A DNA stretch of 40,040 bases from a virus, in UHGV virus genome UHGV-1362910. One strand, 5' to 3'. Below are positions 35,561 to 40,040 of the stretch, in pieces. The position numbers and the translations under genes were made by a program. Below the pieces are notes generated by a model, which searched no databases, was not told the DNA's origin, and saw only the letters and a list, made by a program, of their open reading frames with translations. Each line of letters starts with the position of its first letter. Position 1 is the first letter of the stretch.

Positions 35561-35721
35561 TCAAGCTCACCACCTTTTTGTAATATAAAAAATCCCCTTC
35601 GCACAAAGTCCCGGCCGCCCTGAGTTTCAGGCGCCGGGAAATGGGCAATAGAAAAGGCCCCCGTTTCCGGAAGGCCCAATTTGTTTCTTACAATATATCA
35701 CACCTTTATAGTCACATTCCA

Positions 35722-36135
35722 TCACATTGTGAAATTTTTCAATGCCTTGGCGTGTATGCGGTGGATGTGCTGCCAGCTGTGCTTCATTTCGGTGCAAATC
35801 TTTTCCCACTTCATCCCCCGAATATACCGGTATGTAAGCAAATCCTTTTCTCTCTCATCCTCCATAGCCTCAATCCGCTTCTGTACCTCCTGGAATGCGC
35901 ATATCCGGCTGTACCGGGCCGCAACCAGTTCCTGCTCTATCTCATCCACCTTCACTGCATAATCAGACAGGTCCTTCTTATCCGTCCCGTGCGGCATCCC
36001 GTCATTCGTGACCGAAGGAGACATTTTATTCCGCCTCAGTTCTTCCAACTGCTCTTCCAAACGCCGGACCCGCCGCTTCTCCTTCTGATAGGACATCAGG
36101 AACTCCTTCTTCTTTTCATTTTCTGTCAATTCCAA
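35722..36135 (-). CDS. ArpU/RinA-like late transcriptional activator (sigma region-4-like)
   Basis: 137 aa immediately upstream of terS. The C-terminus YRYIRGMKWEKICTEMKHSWQHIHRIHAKALKNF is HTH-like. Confidence 0.6.
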   Translation of the reverse strand: MELTENEKKKEFLMSYQKEKRRVRRLEEQLEELRRNKMSPSVTNDGMPHGTDKKDLSDYAVKVDEIEQELVAARYSRICAFQEVQKRIEAMEDEREKDLLTYRYIRGMKWEKICTEMKHSWQHIHRIHAKALKNFTM

Positions 36136-36140
36136 TTCGA

Positions 36141-36338
36141 TTACCTCCCTAACAAATAATCACATGTAACGTTGAATATTATTGCAATGCTCACTATATG
36201 ACTTGCCATAGGTTCGCACTTGCCTTCACGCCAATTTTTTATCGTAGTCTGGTGAATATCCAACTCCTTAGCCAACCGATATGCTGACATTTGATTTTTC
36301 TTCATCAACTCAGAGAGTCTTTGTCCAAATTCATTCAT
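36141..36338 (-). CDS. XRE-family HTH protein (65 aa)
   Basis: SAYRLAKELDIHQTTIKNWREGK. Confidence 0.55.
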   Translation of the reverse strand: MNEFGQRLSELMKKNQMSAYRLAKELDIHQTTIKNWREGKCEPMASHIVSIAIIFNVTCDYLLGR

Positions 36339-36351
36339 CGTCTTTGCCTCC

Positions 36352-36564
36352 TTACAGCTCCTTGGCCAGCTGGTTCAACTCCGCCCTGGCCTGCACAATC
36401 CGCCTCTTGATGGATTCCTTTGTATTGTACTGTTCGGTGTTGCAATACATAGGCGGATATCCGTTCTTGTTCTCAAAAGTCTCATATTCCTTGATGCTGT
36501 CCACCAGGGTGTTTACCATACTCTGTACCATAACGATTCTATTTATTTTCTTCATGTTACCCAT
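36352..36564 (-). CDS. Hypothetical small protein
   Basis: Track ORF 36352..36645; the likely start is at the internal MGNMKK / MKK after AAAGGAA. Confidence 0.4.
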   Translation of the reverse strand: MGNMKKINRIVMVQSMVNTLVDSIKEYETFENKNGYPPMYCNTEQYNTKESIKRRIVQARAELNQLAKEL

Positions 36565-36611
36565 TCCTTTCTTTAACCCGTAGTCTCTTTTGTTCCCATG
36601 CCGTGTCCAGC

Positions 36612-36851
36612 TCAATGCAGAATCTGAAATCTCACCTTGTCCCATTCAGCCGCCAGATTGCCGGACTTAACATCCCCATAGTCACCTAACCGCTTGAATG
36701 TATATCTGCCCCGGTATGCTTTTCCATCTGCCGCGCAGTGTTCAGGTACCTGCCGGCCGCAATGAAGCATAGTCTGTATATCCATAGTCGCATACGAACC
36801 AACAAGGCGCCCGTAGTCATATACGTTATAATATATCTGCCTCAAAAACAT
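36612..36851 (-). CDS. Hypothetical small protein (79 aa)
   Basis: Track ORF. Confidence 0.4.
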   Translation of the reverse strand: MFLRQIYYNVYDYGRLVGSYATMDIQTMLHCGRQVPEHCAADGKAYRGRYTFKRLGDYGDVKSGNLAAEWDKVRFQILH

Positions 36852-36858
36852 CCCCCTC

Positions 36859-37275
36859 TCAATACATCAACATAATGCCCTTATCCGTGAGCTGCTGCAC
36901 AATCAATTTAATCACTTCTGGTTCGTACTTACCCGGATTCTCCTCAAATTCCCTTATCACATATAACAGGTCAGCTATTCCATAGCCCTTGACCACCTCA
37001 AGTTTTTCTTCCACGGTCAGTTCCGATTCCTTCGATACCTTATACGCTCTCACATTATCCCCTCCATTTCCCCAACTCCGCTCTTCAAGCTCTGTCAGCA
37101 GGGCCAGAATAATCTTCTTGCACATTCGGCAGTCATATTCACACATAACCTCTTTGGCATCCTTTACCACCGCGTCCCATTTGTCTGATTCCCTTGGTAA
37201 CATCTCATCCTTCCACTTATTCCAGAACCAGTTATAACTCTTCCAGAAAATTCCCTTCACCTTCTCGTTATCCAT
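36859..37275 (-). CDS. Hypothetical protein (138 aa, Trp-rich N-terminus, CxxC pair)
   Basis: Track ORF downstream of the primase. Confidence 0.45.
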   Translation of the reverse strand: MDNEKVKGIFWKSYNWFWNKWKDEMLPRESDKWDAVVKDAKEVMCEYDCRMCKKIILALLTELEERSWGNGGDNVRAYKVSKESELTVEEKLEVVKGYGIADLLYVIREFEENPGKYEPEVIKLIVQQLTDKGIMLMY

Positions 37276-37284
37276 GCATCCTCC

Positions 37285-39339
37285 TTAACTAAACGGTAGC
37301 TCCTCGCCTAAAGGTACAGACTCAAACATCCCGGTATCATTTCCAAATAGTTTCGCCATTTCTTCCTTCCATGGGTATATCTTATTCTCCCCCGGGCTGT
37401 TCCTAAGGCGCTTTGTGCAGGCCTCAAAGAATAGCGGGATAAACTCATCCTGTACGCCGCCATCGCGGTCCTTGCATATTTCAATCACATTGGTGGACTG
37501 ATACAGTAGGTTGTCATCCTTCCACTTGAACATGTCTTTTGTCAATCGCTTGAAGTCATTATTGACCCTGTGCAGAATAAAAGCATTATCCACACGGTTC
37601 ACGATATCATTACTGCCGGACACATCGTCCAGCCGAAGGAACCCAACAGACTTCCTGGGATGCGCCACAAACAGGATGTGGACATTTGCTGCCTTTGCAA
37701 AATTCTCCAGACATTCCACAAAATGGCTCTGCTGCTGGTACTTGTCGCTGCCCATCTCCATCAGGTTCAGCGCCATCATGTTATCCAGAATTATAAGGTC
37801 AACTTTATGCTCCACAACACACTTGCGTATCTGCTCCATGATGGAACTGAACTCGTTGCCGTAATAGTTGTTATAGACGTACACTTTTTCATCCAGCCAT
37901 TTGGATATAACCTCGTCATAAGGTTCCGGTACCACGTAATAGTTATCATACTGTGTTTCCTTCACATACATCTTCCCGGCAGCCTGCAGAAGGAGCCATT
38001 TCAGCAAGTTCTTAGGCTTAAGCTCCCCGCTGAATAGTGCCGTCCGGTATCCCTGCTGGGAAGCCTCAACCGTTATCTGAGAGATGATGCTGGACTTCCC
38101 CGCAGCCCTCAGTCCGCTCAGACAGGTGACAAACCCTTTCTTAAGCCCGCGCATCTTCTGATCTATCACATCGACCCCGGTCTTAATGAATTCCTCCGGC
38201 GGCTCCTCCATAAGTCGGATCTGTTCCGTGGTAAAGAATACCGGCTGGCCATCAACCATTTTGATTTCCGTCTTCTTCTCAACCACATAATTGGGGTTCT
38301 GGTAGTTTGGCCGCCTCTCCTCCCTCACATACTGCCGGTCATAGGCGTCCGGTTCAAACATCCTGCGGACATCCTGCCAGGTCCTGTCTGCGCAGGAGTT
38401 GTGGAAACAGTGGAACCCAATGGCGCCGTTAGACATCTTGAATATACAGGCATCCTTCCCTGTATGGTTTTCATCAAAGGGGCAATGCTCCAGTATGTAC
38501 TTGGTTCCGCTGCCATAACTGGCTTTGGTGTAATGCAGGCCATGCTCATCCAGCCACTGGTCCAGGTCAAACTCCCTGGGATTAAACCGGTTGTAGCCCT
38601 GCGGCTTGTCCGGGACCGGCAGGTAGCCTGCCAGTTTCTGCAGCAGTGCCTTGTCATTCTGTTTTGGATTCTCCAGCGCCTGCACGATATAACTCATCCT
38701 GTGCGGCCGTTCCGGTGTATTGGCCCCTTTCTGCGCCAGAGTACCATACAGCTTGCACACCCTGGCCGGATTGAAGTTGGCCGTGTCAATGTCAACCTTG
38801 TCGTCAGAAAAGAATAGGGACAGTACCGCCAGGCAGTCCTTTACCAGCTGCTTGTTCTCGTCATTCATGGCCAGGCCAATGCTGTACAGGAGGTGTGCCC
38901 CATTCCCGCTAAAGGCCACTATCGGGTCATCAAATCCTGTCCGTTTCATAAAGGCATAGACCTCATTACATTTTTCTTTCGCATAGCCAATCTGCTCCTC
39001 GCTGGATGACGTGCCGGCTGCGCGGACCGGATCCATGTCCACCATCAGCCAATCAAAACAATAGATATCTGAATCAGATGTGTTAGGTTTTGCATTGCGC
39101 ACAAAACAATTTCTCTGCTGCCTGGAATGGCATTCATCCTTAATTCCGTTCAGCGTGATATACACATTGCTGTTTCCATCCATACGGATTCCCCGCATTG
39201 CATTAATACAGGTATCCGCATCTCGGAAATAACCGCTTGCATTCCCGCCTCCTGCGGCAATGACCCGGATTTCAAAAAGGCTGTTTTGGGGTTTCATGAT
39301 GGAGATGGCTTTCCGGATTTCATTCTCATCAAATTTCAT
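37285..39339 (-). CDS. Bifunctional primase-polymerase (PrimPol/AEP N-domain) fused to a DnaB/RecA-like helicase ATPase
   Basis: AEP motifs VDMD and SGNGAHLLY. Walker A GLRAAGKSS and Walker B DLIILDNMMA. 684 aa. Confidence 0.8.
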   Translation of the reverse strand: MKFDENEIRKAISIMKPQNSLFEIRVIAAGGGNASGYFRDADTCINAMRGIRMDGNSNVYITLNGIKDECHSRQQRNCFVRNAKPNTSDSDIYCFDWLMVDMDPVRAAGTSSSEEQIGYAKEKCNEVYAFMKRTGFDDPIVAFSGNGAHLLYSIGLAMNDENKQLVKDCLAVLSLFFSDDKVDIDTANFNPARVCKLYGTLAQKGANTPERPHRMSYIVQALENPKQNDKALLQKLAGYLPVPDKPQGYNRFNPREFDLDQWLDEHGLHYTKASYGSGTKYILEHCPFDENHTGKDACIFKMSNGAIGFHCFHNSCADRTWQDVRRMFEPDAYDRQYVREERRPNYQNPNYVVEKKTEIKMVDGQPVFFTTEQIRLMEEPPEEFIKTGVDVIDQKMRGLKKGFVTCLSGLRAAGKSSIISQITVEASQQGYRTALFSGELKPKNLLKWLLLQAAGKMYVKETQYDNYYVVPEPYDEVISKWLDEKVYVYNNYYGNEFSSIMEQIRKCVVEHKVDLIILDNMMALNLMEMGSDKYQQQSHFVECLENFAKAANVHILFVAHPRKSVGFLRLDDVSGSNDIVNRVDNAFILHRVNNDFKRLTKDMFKWKDDNLLYQSTNVIEICKDRDGGVQDEFIPLFFEACTKRLRNSPGENKIYPWKEEMAKLFGNDTGMFESVPLGEELPFS

Positions 39340-40040
39340 TGCAGGATCCTCCCGTCTTTGGTCTTTGTCAATGTTCTGTTTTCCTCGATGAAATGGCCAG
39401 TCCCACCATTATCCTGCGTTCTGGAAAGCCAGCCATTGATAAAGCGGTTGATTCCCCGTGCAGTTTTCTGCTTTTTAGGATTACTGTCCAGCCATGTCAG
39501 CATCTTCCGCAGCTCATGCTCCACATCCACAGCCGGAAATGCTTTTGACCAATTATTAATCCTATCCCATGGTACACTGTAAAAAGTGCCATCAACAAGA
39601 GGAAGAAAAATATCGCTACAGTCTGGAGCGGGCTTGCCCGGCTCCGGACATATATATTTTTTTATACTTTCCTTACCTATCCTATCCTTACCTATCCTAT
39701 CCTGCGTCAACCAGGTAGACATTTGGTTGTCATTTGTGTAACCAGCGGTATCCATTTGGTTGTCATCTGGTATACCAACGGTATCCATATGCGTGTCAAG
39801 TGGTTTACCATTGGTTGACAGACTGGCAACCGCTTTATCTTTATTAAGGGTATACGCACCATTTTCTTTCAGGTACAGCTTCGACTTTTCCTCCGTGTAC
39901 TGCGTTTCCTTGTACCGGTCGGCCCGGAGGTAATTATGTATCCTCCAATGCTTGATGACACATATCCCATCATCAAACTGAAGGACAAGCCGATCCTCGA
40001 CCAGCCGGTCATAGTCAGCCTGGGACGCCCCTACGATTTT
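39336..40040 (-). CDS. Replication initiator, C-terminal 234 codons (5' part lies at 129..1)
   Basis: The frame is open from nt 40040 to the stop at 39336 (the track shows only the ATG-started part, 39336..39788). It contains tandem DNA repeats encoding MDTVGIPDDNQ/MDTAGYTNDNQ and DRIGKDRIGK. Confidence 0.5.
   Translation of the reverse strand, partial: KIVGASQADYDRLVEDRLVLQFDDGICVIKHWRIHNYLRADRYKETQYTEEKSKLYLKENGAYTLNKDKAVASLSTNGKPLDTHMDTVGIPDDNQMDTAGYTNDNQMSTWLTQDRIGKDRIGKESIKKYICPEPGKPAPDCSDIFLPLVDGTFYSVPWDRINNWSKAFPAVDVEHELRKMLTWLDSNPKKQKTARGINRFINGWLSRTQDNGGTGHFIEENRTLTKTKDGRILQ
39671..39813. repeat. Iteron-like tandem repeats: 15-bp CCTTACCTATCCTAT x2.2 (39671-39703) and three degenerate ~33-bp units (39715-39813); putative origin of replication
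   Basis: Read directly from the sequence. The repeats lie inside the replication initiator gene, upstream of the primase-helicase. Confidence 0.5.

Larger units (their letters stand above)
1..40040. mobile_element. Temperate siphovirus-type phage genome, apparently complete and circularly permuted
   Basis: Contiguous lysogeny, early/replication, packaging, head, tail and lysis modules are all present. The open frame at 39336..40040 (-) continues codon-exact into the ORF at 129..1 (-). Confidence 0.7.

Noticed and set aside
35561-35721. GC-rich inverted repeats (CCCGGCGCC...GGCGCCGGG) between the ArpU-like gene and terS as a terminator
   Set aside because: On the transcribed (minus) strand the stem is not followed by a U-tract (T6 lies 16 nt away). 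It is more likely a regulatory or late-promoter region structure, so it was not called as a terminator.

Overview
This 40,040-bp window reads as one essentially complete temperate tailed-phage genome (siphovirus type, SPP1/PBSX-like packaging and head genes) from a low-GC Gram-positive host; Clostridia-like cell-wall-binding repeats point to that group. Almost all genes lie on the minus strand. In descending coordinates, which is the direction of transcription, the order is: replication initiator (its ORF runs across the window junction) - PrimPol/helicase - small regulators (XRE, ArpU/RinA-like) - terS - terL - portal - MuF/gp7 - scaffold - major capsid - head-tail connectors - major tail - G/T chaperones - tape measure - Dit/Tal - Gly-rich fibre - XkdX-like - holin - fibre-like protein - NlpC/P60 endolysin - terminator - attP-like repeats. 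The plus strand carries the lysogeny module: XRE repressor, ImmA metallopeptidase, a secreted cell-wall-binding moron and a tyrosine integrase. The minus-strand early region (cro-like, Rha x2, T5orf172, ORF6N/KilAC, sigma-70 factor, many small coupled ORFs) completes the circle. The open frame at the window end joins the minus-strand ORF at the window start without a break, so the sequence appears circularly closed. Candidate novelties are: (i) a 16-bp perfect palindrome, GTTGCGATATCGCAAC, repeated four times at fixed spacing upstream of start codons; (ii) a MuF/gp7 head protein with a C-terminal RadC-like JAB (HNHPSG) domain; (iii) an accessory cassette (HTH - 40-aa TM peptide - 376-aa unknown protein with an Rx4H motif - 55-aa basic protein - terminator) inserted in the early operon; (iv) a 23-aa hydrophobic peptide gene flanked by a 13-bp inverted repeat in an 840-bp noncoding gap (type I toxin-like); (v) iterons inside the replication initiator gene; (vi) a possible +1 frameshift at the stop codon of the tail chaperone G gene; (vii) a lysis cassette split by a 658-aa fibre-like gene. 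All family assignments rest on motif recognition by eye; no database search was possible.
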